Shown one piece after another: positions 42,869 to 55,700 of a stretch of 64,000 bases of DNA. A program made the translations under genes and the position numbers. The notes beneath the pieces were generated by a model, which did not search any database, was not told where the DNA came from, and saw only the letters and a list, made by a program, of their open reading frames with translations. The first letter of the stretch is position 1. Every line of letters begins with the position of its first letter. Source of the stretch: the human T2T-CHM13v2.0 reference genome, Homo sapiens; assembly GCF_009914755.1 (NCBI RefSeq), contig NC_060936.1, one strand, 5' to 3'.

Positions 42869-43885
42869 TTACATTTTGGCATGATTTTGCAGTGGCTGGC
42901 ACAGGTTGTTCCTTTCCATGTTTAGCACTTCCTTCAGGAGCCCTTTTAGGGCAGGCCTGGTGGTGACAAAATCTCTCAGCATTTGCTTGTCTGTAAAGTA
43001 TTTTATTTCTCCTTTGCTTATGAAGCTTAGTTTGGCTGGATATGAAATTCTGGGTTGAAAATTCTTGTCTTTAAGAATGTTGAATATTGGCTCCCACTCT
43101 CTTCTGGCTTGTAGGGTTTCTGCCGAGAGATCCGCTGTTAGTCTGATGGGCTTCCCTTTGTGGGTAACCCGACCTTTCTCTCTGGCTGCCCTTAACATTT
43201 TTTCCTTCATTTCAACTTTGGTGAATGTGACAATTATGTGTCTTGGAGTTGCTCTTCTCGAGGAGTATCTTTGTGGCGTTCTCTGTATTTCCTGAATCTG
43301 AACGTTGGCCTGCCTTGCTAGATTGGGGAAGTTCTCCTGGATAATATCCTGCAGAGTGTTTTCCAACTTGGTTCCATTCTCCCCATCACTTTCAGGCACA
43401 CCAATCAGACGTAGATTTGGTCTTTTCACATAGTCCCACATTTCTTGGAGGCTTTGCTCATTTCTTTTTATTCTTTTTTCTCTAAACTTCCCTTCTCGCT
43501 TCATTTCATTCATTTCATCTTCCATCGCTGATACCCTTTCTTCCAGTTGATTGCATCAGCTCCTGAGGCTTCTGCATTCTTCACGTAGTTCTCGAGCCTT
43601 GGTTTTCAGCTCCATCAGCTCCTTTAAGCACTTCTCTGTATTGGTTATTCTAGTTATACATTCTTCTAAATTTTTTTCAAAGTTTTCAACTTCTTTGCCT
43701 TTGGTTTGAATGTCCTCCCATAGCTCAGAGTAATTTGATCATCTGAAGCCTTCTTCTCTCAGCTCGTCAAAGTCATTCTCCATCCAGCTTTGTTCCGTTG
43801 CTGGTGAGGAACTGCGTTCCTTTGGAGGAGGAGAGGTGCTCTGCTTTTTAGAGTTTCCAGTTTTTCTGTTCTGTTTTTTCCCCAT
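42869..43885 (-). pseudogene. L1 ORF1 (RNA-binding), two nonsense mutations
   Basis: 1017-nt canonical span from ATG at 43885; CGA>TGA at codon 49 (43739-43741) and codon 110 (43556-43558). Confidence 0.93.
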
Positions 43886-44777
43886 CTTTGTGGTTTTATC
43901 TACTTTTGGTCTTTGATGATGGTGATGTACAGATGGGTTTTTGGTGTGGATGTCCTTTCTGTTTGTTAGTTTTCCTTCTAACAGACAGGACCCTCAGCTG
44001 CAGGTCTGTTGGAATACCCTGCCGTCTGAGGTGTCAGTGTGCCCCTGCTGGGGGGTGCCTCCCAGTTAGGCTGCTCGGGGGTCAGGGGTCAGGGACCCAC
44101 TTGAGGAGGCAGTCTGCCCGTTCTCAGATCTCCAGCTGCGTGCTGGGAGAACCAGTGCTCTCTTCAAAGCTGTCAGACAGGGACATTTAAGTCTGCAGAG
44201 GTTGCTGCTGTCTTTTTGTTTGTCTGTGCCCTGCCCCCAGAGGTGGAGCCTACAGAGGCAGGCAGGCCTCCTTGAGCTGTGGTGGGCTCCGCCCAGTTGG
44301 AGCTTCCCGGCTGCTTTGTTTACCTAATCAAGCCCGAGCAATGGCGGGCGCCCCTCCCCCAGCCTCGCTGCCGCCTTGCAGTTGGATCTCAGACTGCTGT
44401 GCTAGCAATCAGCGAGACTCCGGGGGCGTAGGACCCTCCGAGCCAGGTGCGGGATGTAATCTCCTGGTGCGCCGTTTTTTAAGCCGATCTGAAAAACGCA
44501 ATATTCGGGTGGGAGTGATCCGATTTTCCAGGTGCGTCCGTCACCCCTTTCTTTGACTCAGAAAGGGAACTCCCTGACCCCTTGCGCTTCCCAAGTGAGG
44601 CAATGCCTCGCCCTGCTTCGGCTCGCGCACCCACTGACCTGCGCCCACTGTCTGGCACTCCCTAGTGAGATGAACCCGGTACCTCAGATGGAAATGCAGA
44701 AATCACCCGTCTTCTGCGTCGCTCACGCTGGGAGCTGTAGACCGGAGCTGTTCCTATTCGGCCATCTTGGCTCCTCC
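43886..44777 (-). promoter_or_regulatory. L1 5' UTR: internal sense promoter, antisense promoter, CpG-rich
   Basis: YY1 site CAAGATGGCCG intact (44759-44769); high CpG density. Confidence 0.85.
44341..44556 (+). CDS. L1 antisense ORF0, intact 71 aa
   Basis: MAGAPPPASLPPCSWISDCCASNQRD...RFSRCVRHPFL*; gcaATGG Kozak context; splice donors at 44447 and 44532. Confidence 0.8.
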   Translation: MAGAPPPASLPPCSWISDCCASNQRDSGGVGPSEPGAGCNLLVRRFLSRSEKRNIRVGVIRFSRCVRHPFL

Positions 44778-46169
44778 GCCTCAGAGGTATTATCGCTTCA
44801 GTTCCAGATCACCACAGTAAATACTGCAATACAGTGAGTTACATGAATGTTTTGGTTTCTCAGTACATATAAGTTTATACTTCTATAATCTATGTGTGCA
44901 ATAGCATTATGTATAAAAAATGTACATACCTTAAGTAAAATAATACTTTATTGCTAAGAAGTGCTAACAAAGTGAGCACTTGCTGATAGACTTACTCAAT
45001 GCAGGGTTCCCACAAACCTTCAATTTGTAAAAAAAAAAAAATGCATTATCTGCAAAACACATTAAAGTGAAGCACAATAAAGAGTGAAGCATGATTATAT
45101 ATATACATATACACATATATGTGTGTGTATATATGTATATATACATATATATGAGAGAGAGAAAGACACAGAAAGAGAGATTTATTTAAAGGAAATGGCT
45201 CACACAGCTGTAGGGCTGGCAAGTTTGAAATCTGTAGGGCAGCCAGGCAGGCTGGAAACTCAGGTTGAATTTCCGTGCTACGGACTTGAGGTAGAATTTC
45301 TTCTCCGGGAAATCGCCCTTTTTGCCCTAAAGGCCTTCAACTGACTGGAGGAAGCCCATCCACATTTTCTAGGATGATCTTCTTTACTTACAGTCAACTG
45401 ATTGTAAATGATAGTCACATCTACAAAATACCTTCATAGCAACATGGAGTGTTTGACCAAACAGGTGAACACCAAGGCCAGCCAAAGTGACACATTCAAT
45501 TAACACTCCCAGTCCACCCCTTGTCAACTTGCCATCCATACACATCTTTTTAAACCATACTTAATATCCAAGTAAAGATAACTACAAAATCATACTCCCA
45601 CCTAACGATACAACTATTCTGCATACAACTGAAAGTGCACTAAGCCTTTCTTTAGAAGAAGATCCAAAGTCCTTGGATAATGTTCATTCTCCTCCTTGAC
45701 ATCCTGTAGCTTAAATACTATAATATAAAGCTAATACATCTTATGTTATAGGATAAGGGGATAACAAGGAAGAAAACAAAGATATATTAAGGATATTTTA
45801 TGTATACAGATATGTTTATACATATACACCTACAAACATATTCATAATAAAATTTAAAAAAATAATTACAATCCTTGTTTTTGCTACTGCTTACATAGTC
45901 AGAGCTGGTATTTATAACTGCCTTCTTCTACTACCCATTCCATATTCCCTGTGACCTCCACAAATATCTCAGTTGGTTGTGCTTTTGCCTAATAAAATGA
46001 CCCAAACCATCATTCTTGAAAGGCCTGGGCCACCAGTAGTTTTGCCTAAATTGGATTGTAGTAGTTTTCCATTGACTTTAATCGCAGGACATGGTAGTAT
46101 TAAGAGGTACCTAAAGGACTTCTGGAATTCCAGATATATTCTTTCTTACATCTGTTGTGTAATAGCCAT

Positions 46170-46272
46170 CCAATTACCCCTAGTAATCAGGATCAATACC
46201 CTCCAATTTTCCCTTAGCAATCAGGATCAATAACCCTCAAATTTCCCCTTAGCAATCAGGATCAATAACCCT
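46170..46272. repeat. Three tandem 33-35 bp units within ERV-L dUTPase
   Basis: ccaatt(t)cccttag(c/t)aatcaggatcaata(a)ccct x3; minus strand reads VIDPD-C*-GEI (dUTPase motif 3 GVIDPDYQGEI). Confidence 0.85.
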
Positions 46273-46353
46273 AATCACAACTGTAACTCCCTTCTTTGCC
46301 TAATTATTCAGAGGTATAAAGTCCTCCAAGTGGCCAGGTAGCAGTCTTAACTT

Positions 46354-46990
46354 TCACTTCAGTGAAATTGTATGTATCCCTGGTGGAAGCATTCCTCCTT
46401 TTGGAACTAAGATGTCTAGACCAGCAGGGTATAAGGTTCTTGGAACAGGAAGCAAACATTTTGCTAGTGAGTCACTATGGGTAACAGTGAGTCCACCTCT
46501 TTTTCCACTCCTTGATTCCCGGATCCATGAATCTTGGCTATGGGAAATAGCACCATATACTGGATGCTTATTCACAGGATATACGGCCTGCTGGAGAACA
46601 CTGCCCCTATCCCTGAAGGTGTTGTCACCTAGCTGGTGCTGTAACTGCATCTTCAAAGAGCCATTCCACCATTGCATCAAGCCAATTGCTTTAGGATAAT
46701 GGGGAACGTAATAAGGCCAATGAATTCTATGAGCATGGGCCCATTGCCACATTTCTTTTGCTGTGAAGTGAGTTTCTTGATCAGAAGCAATGCTACCTGG
46801 AATACCATGATGGTGGATAAGGCATTCTGAAAGTCCACAGATGGTATTTTTGGCAGAAGCATTACATTCAGGCAAATCTGTATCAAGAGTTAGTTTCTAT
46901 TTTAGTGAGAACATAACACTGCCCCTTCCATGATGGAAGTGGTCCAATGTAATCAAACTGTCACCAGGTAGCTGGCTTCTCACTCCAGGT
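46354..46990 (-). pseudogene. ERV-L integrase remnant
   Basis: ORF 46354..46875: IASDQETHFTAKEMWQWAHAHRIHWPYYVPHYPKAIGLMQWWNGSLK, typical of the ERV-L IN core. Confidence 0.85.
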
Positions 46991-47999
46991 AATGAGCCCC
47001 TGATGGGACTCAGCATTGTTCTCTGCTGCTGGCAGATTGGGCACTTATTAATGGCTATAGCCAGGCTGGCCTTGGTGAGTAGAAACCTATGTTACTGAGC
47101 CTGTGTGTAACCTCCATCTTTGCTGCTGTGTTGCCTATGAGTCCATTAGGCAATAATAGAAGTAGCTGGGAAAACAAGCTCACTGCTATCCATAGAATAA
47201 TTCATCCTATCCATATGATTATTAAAATTATCCTCTGCAGAGGTCATCCTTTGGTGAACATTCACAAATGATTGGTGATATGGTACACAAATATCTTCAC
47301 ACTTTTTGCCCATTTGGAGAAGTCTATCTGTACATCTCTTCCCCAATTTTAGTCACCAATTTTCCAATCACATTCCTTCCAAGTTCCTGACCATCCAGCC
47401 AAACCATTGGTCATAGCTCATGCATTGCTATACACTCACATCTCTGGCCACTTCTCTTTTGAAGCAAACCAAATCACCTGATGCACTGTGAAGTTCTGCC
47501 CACTGAGAGGGTTCTCCTTCACAACCATACTTCAGGATTGCAGTTAAGGGGCTGTAGTGCTGCAGTGGTCCCCTCTCAGGTAGTGTCTGCGTATCACATG
47601 AAACCATTTAGAAACCAGGTTCAAATTCTCTCTTCCTCAGTAAACTGATTGTAGGGACCTTCCATGAGGCAATATATGTGTACTGGAAAGAGAAGGCAAC
47701 GTAGCAGGAGAGGGAACCTTGGGCATTTGACCATTTCTTCATGTAATTTGCTTATGTGTTCAAGGGCCTTTGTGGGCCCAATCGCATACATACCACTTCC
47801 ATCTGATGATGAAATGTTGCTGTGAGCACCCAGCTTTGTGGCTTGGTGGGTCAGATAACACCTAGTTCATGATGAGTGGCTCAGGTCTCAAGGTAACTTG
47901 GTGGCCCATGGTTAAGCATTCAGTCTCTACTAAGGCTCAATAGCAAGCAAAAAAAGCTTTCTCAAAAGGAGAGTGGCTATCTGCAAAAAAAGGCAGGGC

Positions 48000-48990
48000 T
48001 TTGTACCAGAATCCTAATGTTCTAGACTATGATTCACCTACAGAAGCTTTTTAAAGACTCCAAAGAGATCTCTCTCTCTACCACTGCCACTGCAAACACC
48101 ATGGGATCTGCTGGATCATATGGCCCAAATAGCAGGGATATTTCCATGGTAATCTGGACCTGCTGGAGAGCCTCTCTCTGGGTCCCATTCAAAACTAACA
48201 GCTTTTCAGGCAGCTCAGTAAATGGCCTGGAGTAGTATACTCAAATAAGGAATGTGTTGCCTCCAAATCCAAAGAGGTCTACTTACCATTGTTCCTCTTT
48301 CTTGATTATAGAAGGGGTCAGATGCAACAACTTAATTTTTCAACTTAGAGAAGATATCTTGACATGTACTGTACCACAGGATCTCCAGAAATTTCACTGA
48401 AGTAGAAGGCCCCTGAATTTTTGTTGGATTAATTTCCCATCCTTCTACATGCAAATGTCTTATCAATAGGTCTAGAGAAGTTGCTAGTTCTCACTCATTA
48501 GGTCCAATCCATATAATATTTTCAATGTAATGGGCCAGTGTCATGTCTTGTGCAAGGGAAAGACAGTCCAGATTTCTGCAACTAAATTATGATGTAGGGC
48601 TGTAGAATTGATATACCCCTGAGTAGGAAAGTGGTAGTGTTGTGCTGGCCTGGCCAGATGAAAGCAAGTTTTGCTTCTGGTTGTCTTTACTATCATGTAT
48701 TGAGAAAAAAAAAGTATTTTCCAGATTTATAGCTGTACAGCAGGTAGCAGGGGATGTGTAAATTTGCTCAAGAAATGAAACCACATTCTGAACAGCAGCT
48801 GCAATTGAGGTCACCACATAGCTAAGTCTATGAAAGTCCACTGTCATCCAGGATCCATCTGTTTTCTGCATAGGCCAAATAGATGAATTGAATAGTAATG
48901 CAATGGGAATCACCTCCCCTACATCCTTCAAGTTCTTGATGTTGGCAGTAATCTCTGTATTCCCTACAGGGACTCGGTAATGCTTTGGGT
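48000..48990 (-). pseudogene. ERV-L reverse transcriptase remnant
   Basis: ORF 48587..48931 (FNSSIWPMQKTDGSWMTVDFHRL); YIDD motif reads YIEN at 48518-48529; frameshifted LPQG near 48620. Confidence 0.85.
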
Positions 48991-49993
48991 GTACTATTTT
49001 TCTAGGTAGAAGCTGTTTTGGTGGATTTTACTTGCTCTTTCGTAACATAATTGCCTTCATTCCACAGGTCAAAGAACCAATGTAGGGATTCTGCCAGTTG
49101 CTAAATATGTCTATGCTAATTATGCATTTCAGAACTACGTAAATAACCACAGGATGGGTTCAGAGACCAGTTGAGACGAAAAGGAGCTAAAAGTCCATTG
49201 AACACCTGAGATCCATAAGCCCCAACTCTGACTGGTAGTCCACAGTGATGTTTTGGATCTCCTGGAACTGATGTCAGTTCAAAGCCATAATCCCCCAAAA
49301 GTCTGATTATCCTCTTTTCCCTAATGCACAGTCACCCTGGTAAAAGGCCATGGGTCCCTTTGAGGTAACACAGGAGAAAGATCAACGGTAGAAATTTTCG
49401 TCATTGCAGCTGGGCCCTTCCTGAAGGGGACCTAGCCTCCCTTCAATTCAAGGGGTTCTGGGTCCGTAAACTGGCTCAAGTCTAGAATTGATTGAAAGGC
49501 TATGACTACAGAAGTTATCCTTCTGTTCCTTTGACCTTAAACTCTTCCACTTATGCAGATCAAGTCAGAATTTAGTATACAGTCTGCCTATTTCACTTCT
49601 AGAACACTGTGATCAACTTGCTAATGCCATAGGTCTGTGGTGTGAGGCTATTCTGATTCCTGCTTTGACTTTGTTGTCCATTAAAGTAACCACACCCAAT
49701 TATTTGGTGTTTAAGTGCTGTCACTTGTCCCCTGCCACTCTGGGATCCAACTATCCCTCTGGCATCTAAGGATTCCAGTTCAGTAGCATCAGTTCCCACC
49801 ATGATTTCTCACCTGTAGAGAAGAGGAACTACAGTGCTCTTCATGGATGCTGGGACTCCCCTAACAAATTTATTTCTTTAGTGAAAGATGTGTCCTTTGG
49901 ATACTTCTTGGGTGCGTGAGCAGGTCTCACATTATAAATCCACTCTAACACTGCAGTCTCCCTAGCCTCTTGAGATCATCTTTTATACTATGC

Positions 49994-50552
49994 TGTGATA
50001 GTTAATTTTAGGTGTCAACTTGACTAGATTGAGGGATGCTTAGATGACTGGGGCTGCTGAAGCATTGTTTCTGGGTGTGTCCCTGAGGGTGTTTCCAGAG
50101 AGACTGACCAGAGAGCATCAGTGAACTGAGACAGGAAGATCTGTCCTTAACGTGGGTGGGCACCATCCGATCACCTGGGGCCTTGCTGGGACAAACATGC
50201 AGAATATGGAAAGATTCTCCCTCTCTTTCTCTTTCTCCCTTCCTAAGTGGGACACCTTTTCTTCTGCCTTTGGACATCAGGTTCTTCAGCTTTTGAACTC
50301 TGGGAGTAGCACCATTTCCCTCTGGTATCTGAGGCTTTTAGTCTCAGACTGCAGGCTGTGATATTGTCCTCCCTGGCTCTGAGGTTTCCATACGAGACAC
50401 ACTACCAACTTCCATCGTTCTCCAGCTTGACACAGCCTATCATGAGACTTTTCTGCCTGTGTGATCATGTGAGCCAATTCCAATCATAAATTTCCTCTCA
50501 TATATTCTGTTGTTTATTGTTTCTGTTTCTTTGGAGAACCCTGACTAAGATA
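49994..50552 (+). mobile_element. MLT2 (B-type-like) solo LTR inserted antisense into ERV-L gag
   Basis: Starts tgtgatagttaattttaggtgtcaacttgac, ends ggagaaccctgactaagata; TSD tatgc/tatac. Confidence 0.88.
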
Positions 50553-51522
50553 TATACCAAGGTTGCTCTGGTATTTCAGCTTCACTTAAGGTAGGCCACC
50601 TTTTGTACAGGTTTCAGTTAACCAACTAACCAAGCCGTTAAAGCTTTTTATAACTCCTGAGGCTACAACACTGGATCCAGAATCTCTGTTTAGGTGGCCC
50701 ATATTAATAAATTCATCCTGATACAACTTTACGTTCCTTCCACTGTGATGCCACACTCTTAATATTCATTTCTACAGATACTCCCCAATTTATGTCTTTA
50801 TAAATAAAAAAATCACTCTATTCTTTTGAGATGTACCATACTTCATCGTGGCTCACAGTTTGTACTTCACCTTTTGGGATCTGTTGGGAGTAGAGTCTAG
50901 TTATAGGTCTAGAAGCAAAGAAGGCTGGTGGAGATGGATCCTGAGAAGACTCAGCATTTTCTTGCAAGGCAGCTACCTCAGGGAAGACCATTAGAGTTTC
51001 CTAGAACAAAGCAAGCTTAACCTCCTCAAATGGGGGCTACTTTTGCTGGCAATAAAAGACTCAGCAGAATTTAGGGGCTTGGTGCCCTCAGCTTCATCAG
51101 GATCTGCCCATATATCCTCTTTCCAATTTTCAGGATCCATTCCTTCCCAGTAAGTGCCCTCACTTTAACAGCAGTTAACCTATGAAGTTGAGAATTCAAT
51201 TTGCATTGTAATTCAGTCACTTGTGAAAAGAAACTCTGCGTTTGGTTTTCAGAAATCTCATCTCTGTGATTATTAGACATGAGAGTTTTTCGAATACAGA
51301 CATAGAAACCTCTAGGTCATTTATGCAGTGCTTGGACTGGGGATTTAAATTCCTGAGCTCATCCTTTTCTTTCACCACATTGTCCAGTGCAATTAGGAAT
51401 AAACAGTCAATCTCACCATACTTGTTAGTTTAACAAAAATGTTCTGAAGTATCAAATACATGGTCACTCAAAACCTTGCTTCTTGCTTCTTATAAGCATT
51501 TGATTAGGGATATCCAATGGTG

Positions 51523-51553
<31 letters not shown>

Positions 51554-51721
51554 GTATCTCTATTGCCACATTATTCCACAGTCTATCAGTGCCCTCTTTA
51601 CTACTAAGAATAGTCATTCGAAATTTTAACATCTTATCAGATTAGAGAAGCAATTCCAGGGACCCTAGGACCAATTTAGAAAAGTCATCCATAAGATTGT
51701 TTTTCTAGACCACTATTAGTA

Positions 51722-52214
51722 CAGTCAGAGTTCTCCAGAGAAACAGAACCAACAGAATATATTTTCTGAGAGAGATAGAGAGAGAAAGAAAGAAAGAGAG
51801 GGAGAGATTTACAGGAACTGAACTGGCCCACATGATTCACAAGACTGGGGGGCTGACAAGTCTGAAATACATATTGGAGCCTGGTAGACTGAAAACTCAA
51901 GCAAGAGTTGATGTTAAAGTCTTCAGTCTGAAATTTGTAGGGCAGGAGATTAGGCTGGAAACTCAGGCAGAATTTCTGTGTTACAATCTTGAGGCATAAT
52001 TCTTCTCCAAAAAAATCTCCATTTTTTTCTCTTAAAGCCTTGGATGAGCCTTGGATGATTGGATGAGGACTACCCACATTATCTAGGGTAATCTCCTTTG
52101 CTTAAAGTAAACTCACTGTGTTAATCACATCAACAAAATACCTTCACAGCTACATGTAGTGTTTGACCAAACAACTAGGCACCATAGCCTAGCCACATAA
52201 AATTACTATCATTA
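51722..52214 (-). mobile_element. 5' LTR of the ERV-L (MLT2)
   Basis: agtcagagttctccagagaaacagaacc...accatagcctagccacataaaattactatc; collinear with 45170-45511. Confidence 0.88.
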
Positions 52215-52622
52215 TACTTTTTCTTATCACATACTTCTACCTTGGAAGGGATATTTCCCAGTTGGTATAGCTACAAAACAGAGGCAGATCATTTAGCCTG
52301 CATTTGATTTGTAGTGAAAAATAAGCCTTTGGTGTGTTTAACCACTGAAATGTTGCGGTTTATTAGTATAGCACAACTTATCCTATACTGGCCAACATAG
52401 ATGCTTTCGGTTGCAAGTAACAGATCCCCTTACAGTTTACAAAAATTTAAAAAAGAAAAAACAATCAAAAGTCCAGAGGTGGCATCAGTAATGATTTTAA
52501 GGTCCCGGTAGTATTGACTACAGTGGAAATTGACTATATTGTCAGTTTCATCTAAGGCGGATTCCCTTTGTCAACCCTTGCTTTGTGCACTGGAAAATAT
52601 TCTATGCAGATTAGCTTATCCT

Positions 52623-52792
52623 AATCATTCTCAAACTTGATTACACATTAAAATCACCTACCAGCTTTTAAAATGTGACTAATGCCCAAGCCACTGCCAA
52701 GAACAACGAAATCAGCATCTCTGGGAGATGAATTCCAGGCAGAGCAAAACTTCCAGGTGAGTCTAATGAGCAGCCAGTAGGGAGAACCACTG
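52623..52792. mobile_element. MER5A-like MITE
   Basis: 'ttctcaaacttgattacacattaaaatcacct...ccaggtgagtctaatgagcagccag...gagaaccactgg'. Confidence 0.75.
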
Positions 52793-55700
52793 GCTTAGAT
52801 ACACTAATCATTATCCTTCTCTGGAATCCTGGCGGGAAGGAAAAAGAGGAAGTAACAAAGAATCCATCATGCAAGGGAGAGGATATCTCTCTCCACTGTA
52901 AGATCAGGGCTTAAGTTGCAAATACTCCTGGCACAGAAAACTTAGTGGCTTAAATATTTGTGATCAAAGCAGAGACTTTCAAGAGATGAGATTTGGGTAG
53001 GGACAAGGAGATCTCAAGAGGGGAAGAAATTTTAGGTAAATGGTGGATAGCAGTACCATAGATACATTTTGCCATTTCCTTGCTTCTCATGGTCTGAAAT
53101 CTGATGTCTCACATGTTGATGTTAGGCATCTGGAATGTCTAGAATATTGACAATGTTCTTATGGTCCTGGGTGACCCCTATTTTGCATTTGGGAAATATT
53201 TTGACGCTGATGTTTAGGAGGAAGATAAATAACCCCGGTTTTGGTTTACTTCTCTTTTATTGGATTATGGGTTAGGTATGATTCTTCAGCCTTAAGTTCA
53301 ACCAGCCATCTCTTGGGCTCCACAACCCTTTCTTTCACTGCCCATTCAAAGTAGTGAGGATGATTTTTTCAAGTGTGTATGTGAGCAGGACGTAGATGTA
53401 ATGATAAATGAGAAACATGAAGTCTGACCTACGAAAGATTTCAATTCGGGGGCAAAAGGCCAAGCTTACCATTTTCTTAGGAAAAACGCACAGCGCACAT
53501 GAACCTCCTTTTTCCTTGCTAACCAAATTCTCTCCCTGCCACTGCTTCCTACCTCTCCTGTACATATAAAACCGCTGTGTGTGAGCTGCTCAAGGGGCTG
53601 CTATTGTGACTTCCCAAATTATTTCCAAATGTTACTAATATAATCATATCCAATACTTGGAAATTTTGGATAAAGCCCTGGCTGCAGTCTACATGTTCCT
53701 ACATATTTCTATGGTCTGTCTCCTGACTTCTTCTAGGTCTATGTCTGAGTTATCATTTTCCCAAGCTCAAAGCTGATGTAGACTCTCCCTGCTTGTGCCA
53801 TGGTTGGTCTGTCTCTCTAAAGAGATTCTATCTTCTTGAAACAGTTGACTCTGTCATCCAGCTATATATCCCCACTTATATTAGAGTGTCTGGAACATAA
53901 TTCATGCTAAAAGAAAAATTTCTTGAACAAATAAGTAACAGTGAGTTAATCAGTCAGACAATAACCTGTGTAAACCTACTCAGTGTTGGTAGAATAACCT
54001 GAAGAGTATTTTAGAATCCTAAAAAAGTCATTTTTTGACTTCAAAAGTCACTTAATTATTTTCCAGTTCTAAGAGTCAGTGATCTCTTTTGCCGTATATA
54101 CCCTCCACTGTTTACACGGGGCATTCTGGGAAATCTTGTAATAGCGTGAACGAATGTAAAGCATGCCCATATTTTCCCTTCTGAACAATGTTATAATGTA
54201 ACAGATTACCTTCCCGACTAAATATTGGGCTTTAGATAAGAACCAGTGATTGGCCACATGTCCTATAAGACATCCTACAACAGCAAAAAGTGAGTATGAT
54301 CACTGGAAACAGTAAAGGAATGTTTTCAATCTTATTAAATGGATTTAAAATATGCCACAGAGATTCACATTTTTATAAAGTGTATAGTCACTTTATCTAC
54401 TTTATTAGGACTTAGAAAACCTATTTGAAGACTGGATATGGTCCAGATAAATACATTTAAAATGTTTTGTCTCATGCCTTTTTCTCCCCATTGTAATTTT
54501 TTCTGAAGTAAAGCGACACATTCAAAACTATTTCACTGATTTTACAGATGCTTCAGACTTGATAAAGGTTTTCATTGTGTGAATTTGCTGCTGCTAGGTC
54601 TGCTGGTAATAAAGATGAAGGTGGTGATGATAAAGATTATTTCTCTGGCACTGAAAATGACTTCCAAAACTAAGGGCTAACCAATTCCCTCCTTACCTCT
54701 TTCTCCTGCTTCTCCTACTCATGTAAGACTGCTGCCCTTGAGCTGCTTAAGAGGATGGTGTGCTCCTTTTCTGTGTGACTTTCTCTGGCATTGAAATGCC
54801 TTGCCAGCAATTACAGGGTAATTCACAAAGACTCTTGAAGAGGAGTTCAGAAAGTCTCTTTGGAAATTGCCAGGACCCTTGCTGGCTGGTGCCTAGGCTT
54901 AGTTGCTTCTGCCAGCCTTCTGCAGGTAAGGGCAATAAGCAGCTCTGCAAAACTGGGGCAGCATAGTCTCAGGGTAGAGGGAGGGGTGATTGAAGGCTGA
55001 GGAAAAAGAAAGTGGGATTGTCTATTATTTCTTCACTTTTCATGGCTCCCTAACCAAAGTTAAGTGCCTTGATGTTCAGACACATAAGTAACACACTCTT
55101 CTTTCTCCATACCAACCTGTCCCCAAACGCAAAGAAAGTACTTAGCAGTGATAAAATAATTAGTTAGTTATTGGCTTAACCTACTGCTGGGCTTTGCCAG
55201 GAAAACTTGTGAAAAACTTTTAAGTGAATCAATAGATTGGTTGATTGACTGATAGATTTGTGTGTGTCCTGATTGGCTCTTTCACTCATTCTTTTGGGGT
55301 TACCTAACAATTCTGTCTTCTTTTCTTTTTTAACAGCTCTTTATGTTGTATAAAACTTGTAGTAATACAAATGATTCTTGCCATATTACAAGTCTGTTTT
55401 ATCTGGTGGAGTACAAAGCATTGTTGCCCTGTGGTTAAACGACTTTTTGCATCTATTTGTAAACTCATTTCAGCCTCCCTTTACCTCTATAAACATGTTC
55501 CTTGAATTCTTCTTTGATCAGTTGTGACATCTTACTGCTTTTCTCATTAATTGAGTTAAATAAAAATCTTTGGAGATATTTAATTTCATATTTGTATGAG
55601 AGTCATGACTACATCCTATTTTTAAAATCATCCTTCAACAACTTGGTAGTTGATTCATGCCCTAAAACAGCTTCTTTCCACCCGGAAAGGGTCGATGAGG

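Noticed and set aside
46170-46272. 33-35 bp repeats resembling a CRISPR array
   Set aside because: Units are directly adjacent with no spacers, derive from ERV-L dUTPase sequence, and the DNA is primate.
53565-53571. TATAAAA box (and CCAAT/TATAAG near 61315-61330) as gene promoters
   Set aside because: Short motifs in AT-rich DNA with no CpG island or downstream exon structure; insufficient alone.
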